From Cyanobacteria bacterium P01_D01_bin.156 (GTDB lineage: Bacteria > Cyanobacteriota > Cyanobacteriia > Phormidesmidales > Phormidesmidaceae), in the NCBI GenBank assembly GCA_039024555.1, contig JBCCQQ010000057.1, positions 1-41,036 of the forward strand: 41,036 bases of DNA, read 5' to 3'. The notes under the pieces were generated by a model. That model had not been told where the DNA came from. It did not search any database and worked only from the letters and a program-made list of their open reading frames with translations. This document shows, one piece after another, positions 1 to 12,900 of the stretch. Each line of letters starts with the position of its first letter. The stretch's first letter is position 1. The translations under genes and the position numbers were made by a program.

Positions 1-960
1 CCAAAGTCGGTTTCTAACTCAAACACCTGTTTGGAGTCGAGGTCTAAGGCATCCCCTGATTCAAATTCCCAGTTGTCATTCAAGCGCCATAGGGCAACTT
101 GCTGAGAGGTCTCATTTTTCCATAGGAGTTGATTGGCCCCTTCAATGGTGTCAGCAGCGATGGCCTGCCAGCCTGGATATTGGTCTGCAACAACCGGATT
201 GCCCTGGTTCATGATGGGTTGAGGATCACCTCCTTCATCCACGAGCAATGTGTTGAAGACATCCACGAGTAAGTCAACGGTTCCCTCGGTTTCAATCTCA
301 CGGGGAGACCCAACCCCGAGTTGAGAATCATCGTTTAGATCCACGCCAAAGTCGGTTTCTAACTCAAACACCTGTTTGGAGTCGAGGTCTAAGGCATCCC
401 CTGATTCAAATTCCCAGTTGTCATTCAAGCGCCATATTGCAACTTGCTGGGAGGTCTCATTTTTCCATAACAGCTGGTTCACCCCTTCAATGGTATCGGC
501 AGCAATGGCCTGCCAGCCTCGATATTGGTCAGCAACAACTGGATTGCCCTGGTTCATGATGGGTTGAGGGTCATCCCCTGCCTCCACGAGCACTGTGTTG
601 AAGACATCCACGAGTAAGTCAACGGTTCCCTCGGTTTCAATCTCACGGGGACTCCCTTCACCCAGCTCAGAATCATCGTTTAGATCCACGCCAAATTTGG
701 TTTCTAGCTCAAATGCTTGGACCGATTCGATATCTAAGGCTTCTCCTGACTCAAACTCCCAGTTATCCTCCAATCGCCATACGGCAACTTGATTTGTGGC
801 CTTGTGTTTCCACAGTATTTGATTCACACCTTCAATGGTATCGACGGCCATAATTTCCCAACCTGGGAATTGGTCAACGACAATTGGGGTGCCTTGAGAC
901 TGGACTAGCTGTTCATTATCTCCAACAGTTACGAGTAATTGTTGCTGTTCATTGATTGTC
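1..960 (-). repeat. Three tandem 345-bp (115-aa) Trp-rich repeats within the giant ORF
   Basis: Units begin at 1, 346 and 691 (CCAAAGTCGGTTTCTAACTC / CCAAATTTGGTTTCTAGCTC). The first two are near-identical and the third is more diverged. They encode GWQAIAADTIEG.NQLLWKN...VA.WRLDDNWEFESG...ETDFGVDLNDD, resembling the cyanobacterial Trp-rich C-terminal domain. Confidence 0.88.
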
Positions 961-3900
961 AGGTCTACTTGATCAGTATTGCTGAGGGCAACGTAGATAC
1001 CCAGTGCGATCGCATCTTCACTGTAGGCCGTTGGATCGCCCGTTTTGGCAAGATTGATTCCCAGTTCACCGTTAGCAACAATGGCACTGTCATCAATCAG
1101 GTGAACATCCAGGTGGCCGGGCTTACCAATATAATCCGCTACAGGCTTGAACCGTAGAAGAGCAGATACCGTGAGGGTAAAGGCATTTGTCTGAGAGAGG
1201 GAACGAATGGGAACGTTTTGCCAGCTTGTCCCAGCATCTAAAGAATACTGCCAATTACCTTCAGTAATGGGGTTGGCTGCATTGGCAACAATGGCAATGC
1301 CAGCCATGCTTCCGGAATCAATGCTGTCATCAAACTGGTTACCAAATAGGGTACTGACCGTCTCACCCGTTGCATCCAGCGTATTACGGAGAATTTTGGG
1401 TAGATAACTGTCGTTGATTACCGTCGGTGCATCATTGACTGGGTCAATCACAATGGCCCGAGCTGTAGATGATTCCAAGGGGTTACCTACCCCAGTATTG
1501 CCATTGTCCTTAACAGTAATGTTGAGAGTGTCGTTACCAGAGAAGTGGTCATCTCCCAAATAGCCCAGCCCCTTAGAAGCCTGCAGTGTTGCTTGTATTT
1601 TGGCAACGGTTCCGGTCAGAGTCGCTTCTGTAAAATCTTCGTTGTATGCAATATCTTGATTTGTTAAACCATCATCGATATTAGGATTGATGGTTAATGT
1701 GCCTTGGGAAACACTAAGGGTAATCTCCAGCTCACCTTCTGGGTGATAGGGGGCGTCTACATCGTTAATAACAATATCGTCGATGTATAGTGTCTTATCT
1801 TCATCGGCAGATAATGTGGATGATAGGCTGTCAAATACAATTGTCGGAGAGTCATTCACTGGATCAATCACAATTGATCGCGTACTTTCAGCTGTTTTTT
1901 CACCCCCTTGACCCGCGTTGCCATTGTCGTTGACCGTAGCTGTCAGGGTGACTTCTCCGTTAAAGTGGGTGTCGTCCTGATACTGTACAGCGGTGGCTGC
2001 TGCCAGGGTGGTGTTTAGCTCGGCCAGCTTGCCCGATAGGGTGACCGTATTACTGTCGTTGTTACTGACTTGTGTTGCATTCAGACCATCCAGGACAGCG
2101 GTATTAACAATCAAACGACCGTGATCAACACTTAGGGTAACGGTCAAGTCTCCATCGGGATCAACTTCGTTTGCATCCACATCGGCAATGGTAATGCCCG
2201 AAACATAGATAGGGTTCGTCTCATCTTCGACAACACTGTTCACTACAAGACTGTCGACCAGAAGATTCCCCATGGAGGGCAGGGTGGGGGCATCATTAAC
2301 CGCATGAATGGCCTGTTCTAGGGTCAAACTGCTAGCACTGATGGGGCTCACTTCACCAGACCGATTGGGGGTGGGTGTAGCGGTTGCGATCGCGCTAATA
2401 GCACTGTCGTTATTCTCTAGCTGATTACCGATACTGGTATCCACCACACTGCCATCTACCAAATAGGCCACCAGTGGATGGGCGGCTCCTAGATCTACCC
2501 CCGTTCTCGTGTCGTTGTAGTGCTCTTGGGTTTGACGGAAGCGTAGCTGATAGGACTTTGGTAAGTACAAGCCAGACCCACTTGACCAGCCAGACACCCC
2601 TTGCCAGGTAACGCCATCGGCACTGTATTCCCAAGTACCGACGGTGCTGGCAGGCACATCTTTGACTACCACACCCCAGAAAATAGCATCGTTAAAGATG
2701 CCATGGATCTCCTGGTTATAGCCAAACTGGTCCCCATCTGAGCCATCGGCATCACCGAGGAGACTGTCGGCAAATCGCGGCCCAAATAGATCAGCGACAG
2801 ACTTGGTGGGTAGGGGTGAGGTTAAATCCTCATTTTGTCCTGCCTCACTGAGCTGAATGGCGCTGCTATTGTTAATGCCTGGTTGGACATCATTCACCGC
2901 TTCCACCTCACCATTGAGGGTGACCGTGGTGGATGTGTAGCGGGTTGTTCCCCCTACACCCGTTGCGCTTAGATCAATGCGCTGTCCCAGACCTACCGCT
3001 TGACCAGCACCGTTGTCTACCAGGTAGGCCGTTAGCGGTGGGAGTTCGCCATTGTAATGGTCACTGGGGTTAAACCGAATCTGAGTGGTTTTAGGCACCA
3101 AGTAGGCGTTGTTTTCACTCAAGTCACTGGGTAGGGCAACCCATTGACCGTAGCGGATATCGTAAACTTCCCAATGGCCCTTTTCGTAGGCAATGGCCAG
3201 GTCAGACTGACGATTGTCGTTGATGGTGGCAAAGTCTTGAACAATGGCAATCCCAATAAAGGTATTTTGGTTAAGATTGCCGCCATCAATGCTGTCGCGG
3301 AACGAACTACCAAAGACCGTTTCAACAGTGGGAGCGTTGTCTGTTGTAAAGGGAGTATCTTCAATAAAGTTGGGGAAGATCGGCGCACTGTCGCTGACTA
3401 CGGCAGGGGCATCATTGAGGGGAGTAATGGTCAGGGTTTTACCAATGGTGTCCTGGCTAAAAGGGCCACCGGAGGTAGTAAAGCGCGCATCCTGCACCTG
3501 ACCTACTGCAAAGTTGGGGTGGGAGCTATCAATTAAGCGACCGGTGATGGCCCCTGGCTTACCATTAAAGTCCGGTGTGGGAACAAAGCGAATTTTGGTG
3601 GCAGCGCTGAGTAGTAGGGCCTCGGTCTCGGTGAGTACCGTCGCAACGTCACTCCAGCTCTGGCCATTCCAGTATTGCCACTGGCCCTCGGCTGCCGTAG
3701 CCGCATTGTTAATAATGGCCACCCCTTTGAGACTGTCACTGTCCACATCGGTAAAGTGACTGCCAAACAGATCGGCCACCGTCAGCTCTTGGGGCGTGCT
3801 ACTGTCTTCTTGAATCGGGGAGAAACTCCCTTCCACTCGGTTAAAGGTGAGGCTCCAGCCGTCCAACAGTTTGCCAAATTTCTCTGCGTCTACACCGCTG

Positions 3901-6900
3901 TCGGTGTCGTCTTCAATGTAGAGCTTCCAGTCACCGTTGAGGGTTTCTCCAGCTTCACCCATAAATTGGGTAAAGGAGGTTGCTGCCGTGTCAAAGCCGC
4001 TAGGGTCAAGGTCAGCCCCCCCGGCTGTATTGTTGGTGGGCTGATAGATGGTGTTATTAACTAGATTAGCGGAATTTCCAGCTAGGGCAGGGACACCACC
4101 GTCGTTAAAGGTAATGGTGAAATCGTTGAGAGCAACACCATTACCGGCATCCGACAGGAGCACAATTTTTTGCCCCTGGGGACCTTCTAGCCAGATATCT
4201 AGGTTGTTATCGGCGGTAACGTTTAAACCCTCTAGGGTCAGGGAAATATCTTCAATCTCACCGAGTAAGCCATCCACCGTGATCACCGAAGGGAATACAT
4301 CTCCCTTACCTGAGACTGGGGATGGGTCGGCTGTGGTGGCAGATTTGCGATCGCTAATTCGAATCGCTTCGGACTGCACAAAGGTCACCTCAAGATCGCT
4401 GACTGGAGCGTCATTGACACCGTAGACCTGGGTTTGGAAATGCAGCGGTTCAGTATAACTGTTGGGGAAATCGATGGCAATATTGTTGGTATCACCAGAA
4501 GTAAAACCATCACCCACCCGACTATCAATCAGGTTAACCGCTAGGGCTGTTGCCGGTCCCTCGTAATCCTCGGTGGGTAAGAAACGCAACAATGTACTGG
4601 TGCGCAGCATCAGCTGCTCATCATTGGCATCGGGGTTAATCTCCGATAGATCGGTCCAACTGTCACCATCGTTAGTGGAGTATTGCCAAACACCCTCACT
4701 AGGGCTGAACTTATAGTCGCCGATGGCAATGCCATAGAAATTATAGATGCTGCCGCTCTCAAAATATTGGCTAAAGAGACTGGCAACCGTTGCCCCCTGG
4801 GGTTCGGGAATCGCATCTTCCCAGGCAAAAGCGAGGTTTTCAATATCCGCGATGGTCTGGGTCAGGCTAGGTGGGTTGCTCATACTAGATTCTGGCAAAG
4901 TAATGGTTGTTGTGAAATTCAGTAAAGTGTCGCTGTAGGGAGAGATACCACCAGCGGTTTGGATCTCTTCAAAGTCAATACGGTCACCCGTTTTTAGGGT
5001 GGAGTCAGCCCCTTGGCCATTTTGGTCAATGAGGCGTACGGTTAAGTCGGGGGTTGGAGCGCCATCTGCGCTGGTCTCAGGAATAAACCGGAGACGAGTA
5101 TCCGCTTCTAAAACCAGAGCATTATCAGCCGTAATGGGCTGATCTAACGTGAACCAGAGGGCTTTTTCCGAGTCATAGTATGCCCAGTAGCCTAAATTGA
5201 TTTGAGGAATGTGGCCAACAATGGCAACACCATAGAAACTATCCCCTGCATCATCTGAGAAGGTGGGACCAAAAATGCTGCCAACGGTGGCTCCCTCGTA
5301 GGGATTAAAGCTAGTAAACAATCGTGAGCTATCCACAACAGGAGACTTATTCGCCACTTGGGAAAGGGTTTGCTGAGACTGTTGTGTGACCTCTTCAGCG
5401 GAGAGGGTGCCCTGCTGGAACTGATCTAAGGCAGCAGGTACATCGGTTTTGAGCGCTGTTTTGAGAGGCGTTAAATTTTCAAAGGCTTGCTGAACCTCTT
5501 CCACTGAACCACCGGTACCCACCGTGGTAGCCGCCACCCGTTCATAGGTGTCTGACAGCACAGTGATCACCGTAGATTGCTCAGCCTGGGCCTCTGTTAG
5601 CTCATTCCCCGATAATTCAGGCAGAATTTCTTCTTCATAGAAGTCTGCAACCACATCCTCAGTAAAGTTAGACAGACGTTCTTCAAAGTCTTCACTGTCA
5701 TCAATAGCCGTTTCACTCAACTGTTGGGCAACAAAGTCAACCACCTCAATGACCAAATCGGCCGTCATCCCAGTTTCACTGTATCCGCCCGCCACCCGGC
5801 TAATGTTATAAATTAGTGAATCAACAACAATATGGCTTTGGTAAACCTGCAGTCCCAGCGCTGCTTCTTCAGCGGTGCCATTGCGAATAGCATTAATGGG
5901 ATGGAACGTATCTAGGTCAAGTTCATCCGGCAGATTGAAGAATGTTTTAACCGTATCTGCTGCTGCCGTTAAATCTCCACCGTTACTGACAGCTATCTGG
6001 GTGGCCAGGGTGGTTAGGGGAGAGACAATATCGCTATTGGGGGCTGCCACCATCGGATTAATAATGGGTAAGCCACTTTCCTTGTCGCGACCGCCAATAA
6101 CGACAATCTGGCCATCCATCAACGTCAGCTGGCCATCGCCATCAATGTCAAATTCGCTGGGGTCAATGCCAAAGCTATAGCTGCCATCTCCTAGGGTGAC
6201 TCCCCATGGCTCACCCTCATCAAACTTCATATTGAAGTTGGCATCAAAGAAGACCGTTGCCCCTACAATCTCTGACTGTACGGCTGCACCACTCTGTTTG
6301 GCTCCTCCAATCTGAAACTTGAATAAGTCAAACTCCCATTTTTGCTCATATAAAGTGACGTTAAATAAGCCAAGATCCAGTTCGACCAGCGCCTTTAGAA
6401 ACGCATAGATACGACCGTAGAGTTCGAATAGGGAGAGGGGATCGCTGATGCCAGCGATAATCTCTGAGCCCCGCACCTTGCCATCACTGGTACCAATGTT
6501 GTCCTGATATTCTCCCTTGTCTTCCAGGTCAAAGTTAACGTTGGCTCCCACGCCCACACCAAAGTAGCCGGTCAGTCCTTCTCCCACTTCTACACCGGCT
6601 TCTACTTCGGCTGTCGCATATAGTTCAGGCTTATCGTCTATGCCAGAGTCCGTGCTAGATAAGTAACTATCGATTGTCCAGTCGGTCAAGAAGAACCCAT
6701 CAAATACCTGATAGCTTTCTGCCAGGTCAAAGTCTGCCTCTGCCCATTGGCGGAAACCGTAGGTGTCATACCCAAACCCGAGGTTGGCCCCTACTTCAAA
6801 GCGACCTTCCAACACCCCTTTAACGGGATAAGCCGGAAACGGCGTAAATTCCACACGGGGATTTAGCTCTAGCTTGAGGTCGGGGACCTCATACAATACC

Positions 6901-9900
6901 AGGTTGACATCTTTGCCAAAGAGAAGATTAACCAGACTGACAGGATCGTCTAAAATCGGAAACTTGAGTCCTTCAATACCCTGGATCTTGTCAATTAGGG
7001 TGTTAAAAGAGGATGCATTCTCATTTCCTGACTCAGCCGCCTGCTCACCAATGCCATCGGTACCCGGTAGGTCTGGTTTGGTTTCCTGATGTTGAATGGC
7101 TGATGTTTCAGTAGCCGGTTTTGGCAAATCCGTATCTTTTTCAGTGGTGGTTTCACCGTTACCGGCCTCACCGGCCTCTTCATCTCCACCGGGGGTTAAA
7201 GAAAGGTGATATTCGTCCAGCAATGGAACGACTAAGTTATCTCCTTTTTCCAGCTGAGCGGATAATTTCTCAATGGTTTCAATAAAGTCTATGACTTTAA
7301 CAACGGTTTCAAAAAACTCAGCATACTTGGCTTCCCCCCGTTGTCGAGAGAGGTCCGATAGTACCAGAGCTAGCTCCAGGGTGGAGACTTCGCCATTGGC
7401 ATCTTTATCAAACTGGGATTCTAACCCAAGATACTCCAGGAATTCCGTGTCCTGGTTGAGCATTTCAACAAAGGGCTTAATCGGCTCAAACACACTGTCA
7501 ACAGCTTCGATGACAGGGGCTGCAAATTTGGTAATAAAGCTGCCCAGGTCTAGCCCCAGGTCCTTAAGACCAACCGTTAAGGACAGATCGGCAGCTTCAG
7601 CCTTGGTCTTCTCGGCCTGGGCGGCAACCCCCAAATCCAGACTTAGGGATGGGAATGAGGTGTTACCGGCTACGCTGGTTACCAAGTTAAAGGCGGCACC
7701 GACAGAACCGTTGAGGGTGTAGTCAAACAGCTCCTTGGCTTTACTTCCGAGTTCAGAAATACCCACTTCCGCCTCTCGGACAGGGATGCCGGTTTCTGTT
7801 AGCGCATAGGTGTCTTGAGCGGCTTCTGAACTGGGTTCACTGGTGCCAGCCGCCACGGTTTCAACAACAAATTTTTCGGCATTTTTAATTTCTAGACGAC
7901 TAAGGGAGCCTTGGGTCTCGGCCCCTGAAAGGGTAATGTTGTCGCCCTGAATTACAAACAGATCGGCTAGCTCATTTTTGTCGTCGTTCTCTGCAGCGTC
8001 TGGATTAGTGATGGATACTTCCAGGGCCGCTGCCCCTTCTGCTTCTGGCTCAGGACCATTCACAACCAGATAGTCGACGACCTGGTGAATGGCTTTGTCT
8101 TCATTGAATGGCTGGATATAGTAAAAGGTGCCATTGGGTAACCCATCAGAGACCTGGGCCTTGGTGACGCGAAAAACAACATCGCTCCCCGTCTCTATGT
8201 TGCCAGACTCTAATCCGGTGGTGAAGTTGATGACATAGCCACTCACATCGCGCATCAGGGCAGAGTTGTTATTGCCGCCAACATTGAGCTGACGATGGAG
8301 GGGCAAGCGCGGATCTTCCGGCTGGGGGTCCTCTGGGTCAACAGTGACGGCACCCAGGGTAAAATTAATGGGCTCTAACTTTAGCCCCTCAAAGAAGTCG
8401 TCGTCCTCTTCCGCACTGGCGGAGAACGATTCCCGGTTTGGATCGACCAACTTAAACAGTTCAACGGTGAAGAGATTAATGTCTTCAGAATTATTGTCAA
8501 TGTCCTCCAGCGTGATGGACACCATGCCATCCTGGGGACCCTGATCGTCTAAAAAGTCTTCTAGGGCCTGACTGCCATCGTCCTTATCCCCTGTATACAG
8601 GGTGGGAATGGTTTGGGCTTCGGTTTCAGTTTCAATGGCAAAGGCATATTTGCGCTCAATTTCCACTTCGACGGTCTTTTTGCCCACCAGGCTAAAGTTC
8701 ACCCCCAGGGCGGCTTCACTGTGGGTGTCTCCCTTTGATAGAAGACTCTCAGACTCAGCGTCTTTTTCAAGGTTGCCTAGGATATCTTTTTCACCGTCGT
8801 ATTCCTGGAAAAAGGCATGGGGGTCCTGGCTAAATAAGCGAGCATCTACCTTTAGTCCCTGAAGATCGTTCTCGCCGGTCCAATCTACCCGGAAGCGGCG
8901 GGTAGAGCCATTAAAGTCTACAGAGAGTTCATCAATGCTGTCGTAGTCTAAACCCTCCAGAATAATGGGATGCTTCCAGTTTTCTTCTGTCTTTTCATAG
9001 GTGACAAAGGTGTTACCTGAGGTGAGGTCCAAATCAATTTCATCACCGCCAATATCATAGGCACGCACAGTAACCGTTTGTTCGTCTTCACCCGTATTCG
9101 CCTCCTCGTCTAGCCAAATGGTTACCTGGGGTTTGTGGCCATTGATAAAGTCATCAAGGGGAATTTGCTCTAGTTCCGCTTTGAGAAACGCAATGTTGCC
9201 CGTGGCCTTAAAGTTGTTGAGATCAAGGTAGACATTGGCGTCGGCCCCAGTATTGGTATTACCGTCTTCATCCTCGGAAATATCCAGGGTAAATGTGCGC
9301 TCGTTGAGGTTAAGGGCAATGCCCACCCGCAAGTCAAAGTGGAAAATAGAGGCCAGGGAGCCCTCGGTTTCCAAACCCAGCGCGGGTAATCCTAAATCTG
9401 AATCTAGGGAAATTTCAAAGAGATCATAGTCTTGACCAAAGGCCAGACTCATGGCAATGGTCTGTTCATCGGCATCGTATTCGATGGAGACTTCCACACC
9501 GGTACCATCTAGCTGTTCATTGAGGGCATCGCTCAGGGCAGTGGCCAAAGAAGGACCGGTGATATAGCGCTGTTCTTCAAGGTTGCGAGAGAAGGCGCGA
9601 ATAAAGTCGGTTAAGAACGGTGGCAGCTTGCCTGACAGACTGCCCACTAGGGGGATCTCATAGTTATTGATAATCTCTTCTAGCTTAGAGAATCCATTGG
9701 CCAGGGAACCGGTAACGGTTTCATTATCCAACCGTCGATCCTTAACGGTTAGTACTAAAGGAGACTGGGCGTTGGTAAAGCGTTTAGAGTAAAACCCATC
9801 ATTGCCTTCATTCTCGTACACCTTCATTTCTAGGGGGAGAATGCGGTCAATATCGTACTCTTTGTCATCGAGGGCCGTCAGGTTCACTCGCTGGAACCGG

Positions 9901-12900
9901 GTCCAGTTGTTGCTGTCAAAGTAAACGGAATTTTGTTTCCACAGGTCGTCACTGGCGTAGGGGTCACCGCTGTAGTCGCTGGGCAACAGGGTTGACGCAG
10001 GCACACCGTCCTCTGCCACCAGTTTAATGTCGGTGTCGGCGGTATCGCTGGCAAAGGAGGAAAAGACCGCAAAACGGTTCCAGCGGTCAACGGCCACATC
10101 GGTGTTGCCCTCAATGGCGACTTTACCGATGTCATCCCCTACCTGGACTGCGATCGCAGTCGCATTCCCTAAACTTGATACAATCCCCCAACCCGCAGGC
10201 TGATCGGACCGCAGGGTGGTTTCAAACAGGGTCAAATAGCCATCATCATTGACATCAAAGTCCGCCAAACTCACATTGAAGTTGGCTTCATCCAGCCCCA
10301 CGTTTAGCTGGCTAAGATCGTCCCCAAAGTCGTAGCGGCTGTCGCTGAGGGTGACTCCCTTATGCTCCCCCGCATCCCATTCTCCATTGCCATTGAGATC
10401 AAAAAAGACTTCACTCTTAAGTCGAATTGGCTCAGCCCAGGTTTCCTTCGTAACCTCGATTTCCAGCTGGTCCGTTAGCTCGTCACCGGCCCCATTATCC
10501 ACCTCTGGATCGCGCTGATAGAACTGGATCTTGCGACCATACTGGTCATAGACAGAAATGTTAACGGTCTGGGTGCCATCCTCCTCAAAGCTGGGTTCTT
10601 CCGCCAGATGAACCTGTAGTTCCTGGGCGGAATTTTGGTCCCACCGAGGATCAAACCGCAGAGAGATCCAGTTATCGTCACCTACATTGGTGCCTGTCTG
10701 CACCTGGCCAGGATCGGAGAGGGGCCGTACTAGAAAGACTGCTGAGGAGAACTCTTCCGTATTATCAATGTCGGGATGTTCAGCAATGGTGAGATATCCC
10801 TTATCGGCGGGGCTGCTGCTATCCAGTACCTGTTGCCCCGGTAAAATAAACCGGAACCCAACTTCTTCATTGTCGTAAATTCGTACGGAGGCCTGGGTAT
10901 CAATGGGGGCCAGCTGATAGCCAGGGTTCGTGCCATTGGGGTCACTGAGTAGCTCCAGCTCCACCGCCTCAAAGCGTTTAGTATTCTCCTTGGCTTCTTC
11001 AACGGTGGCTTTACCAGTGGCATCCAACAGCCGGGTTTCCCCCACCCCACCGGAGGTAAGATTGACTTTTTGGGTGCGGTTGGGGTCACTGTACAGTTCC
11101 ACCGTGTTGTCATTAATTACCCGCACATAGTAGAAACTCTCATCGGACAGCCCCTCTGGAATATCCCCATCGTCGCTCTCGGTGACAAAGACAACCTTAG
11201 ATCCTTCAATTAAACGATGATTCTCAATGGAAATGCGATCGCTCCCCGTTTCCACATCGTTGGGTTTAAAGGTGACATCAAAACCCTCAGCAATGTAGTC
11301 ATCAATGGGGAAAATCACCACGTTACCCAAATCCTGATCCGGGGCAATGGTGATATAGTTCTCTCCCTCGGGGGTGAGATTAACGTACTCTTGGTAGTCA
11401 TCTGCCGAAGCAGGGGCACTGGCCCAGCCCCTGACCCGATAGTGAATCTTTAAACCTTCGGGATTGCGCACCTGGTCTGTGTTGAGACGAATGCCAAAGA
11501 AGCCAATCTGCCCCGGCTCCGAGGCATCTAAAACCGTGTAGGCACTGACCGAGGGGAGGTCGTTATCCCGGATGGTAACCGTGACCGGTTCCACGGCCAT
11601 CCCCGCATAGTTGGGGTCGTCGGAGCGTACCGTGGCATGGACATAGCTTTGCAGATCGCCGGTGACCAAATTGTCGTCCTGGGCGCGCACCTTAACCGTT
11701 TGGGGAGCGTTCCAGTTATATTGAGTAAACTCTAAATCAATGGTGTCACCGTAGTATTTGGTATCTAGGGCTAGCGCCGTGGTGTTATCGCCATTGATAT
11801 CCCCTGGCTCCAGGGTAATGAGCACAGTCCCCTCTGGTTTGCTGTTGAGGCTAACTTGGAACTGGCCACCGTCCACCCCTTCACGAATATCGTCCAGCTG
11901 GTTGATGATAATGTCAGCACGATCGGTATCCGTAATTGGCACTTCCGCCACCAGTGTGGGCAGGCTGCTATAGACAAAATCACTGCTGTCAATGGCAATG
12001 GCTAGTCGGGGGTGAGCCGACTGCTGGTTATCGACTAAGTTGTCGGCAGCCACGGGCCGGAGGAGAATCTGCTGGTTCCAGCCATCGGGTAACAGATTGA
12101 GCTTAAGCTGTTCCTGGGGGGTGACGCTTACCCGTTCCTGGAGTAGCTGATGGGCATTGAGTCCCAGACCCAATCGATAGGTGGGGTTGTTGCTGTCCAC
12201 CCGAATCCCAACCTGTTGCAGAAGCGACTGAACGGTTGCCGACTGTTGAATCTCACTGAGGGATTTGTTTGCGATCGCACTCTGCAGCGCCAAAGCCGAG
12301 TCCCCCTGCAGCTGCACCTGATAGGCCCCTTGACCATCGCGGTTGACCGACTGAATAAGAGGAGACGTAAATCGCAGACTGTAGTCATCGGACGTATCCG
12401 CAAGGCGAGAGTCTATGGTCAAACTACCATCGCCATTAATACTGAGGGTTAGGGGATGGATACGCTCAAACTGCAGCCGCTCGCTGTCGCTGTTGCGGAG
12501 GATGAGTCGGACATTCTCCTGGGGTTGTGAATCCAAGCTAAGGACGTAGAATCCACTGCTCTGTTCCCCTTCAATTAAAGAACGGGGTGCATCGTCAGGT
12601 GGAGTTTGATGACTGGCAACAATACTGGCTGTTTGACCATTGTCTGCCACATAGGCCAGGGTTACCCCAGGGCGATCGTCATCTTGAATCAGCACATCCA
12701 GGGTCCGGTCCATGCCGGCCTCGGTGGTGAGATCATCCGTAGATAACAGCTGTAGCCGGACCCGTTCATCCAGCTCAACCTGGTTATCTTGTAGGCTAAC
12801 GATGTCTAAGACTGCCTGGGCACCGGCTTGGGGGTCGCTGTAGTCCAACTCAATCTCATTGGAGCGCTCAGTCACATAGCCAAAGGTGTAATGGCCGTTT

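Noticed and set aside
1..960. CRISPR-like array
   Set aside because: The 345-bp units are in-frame coding repeats with no short repeat/unique spacer structure.
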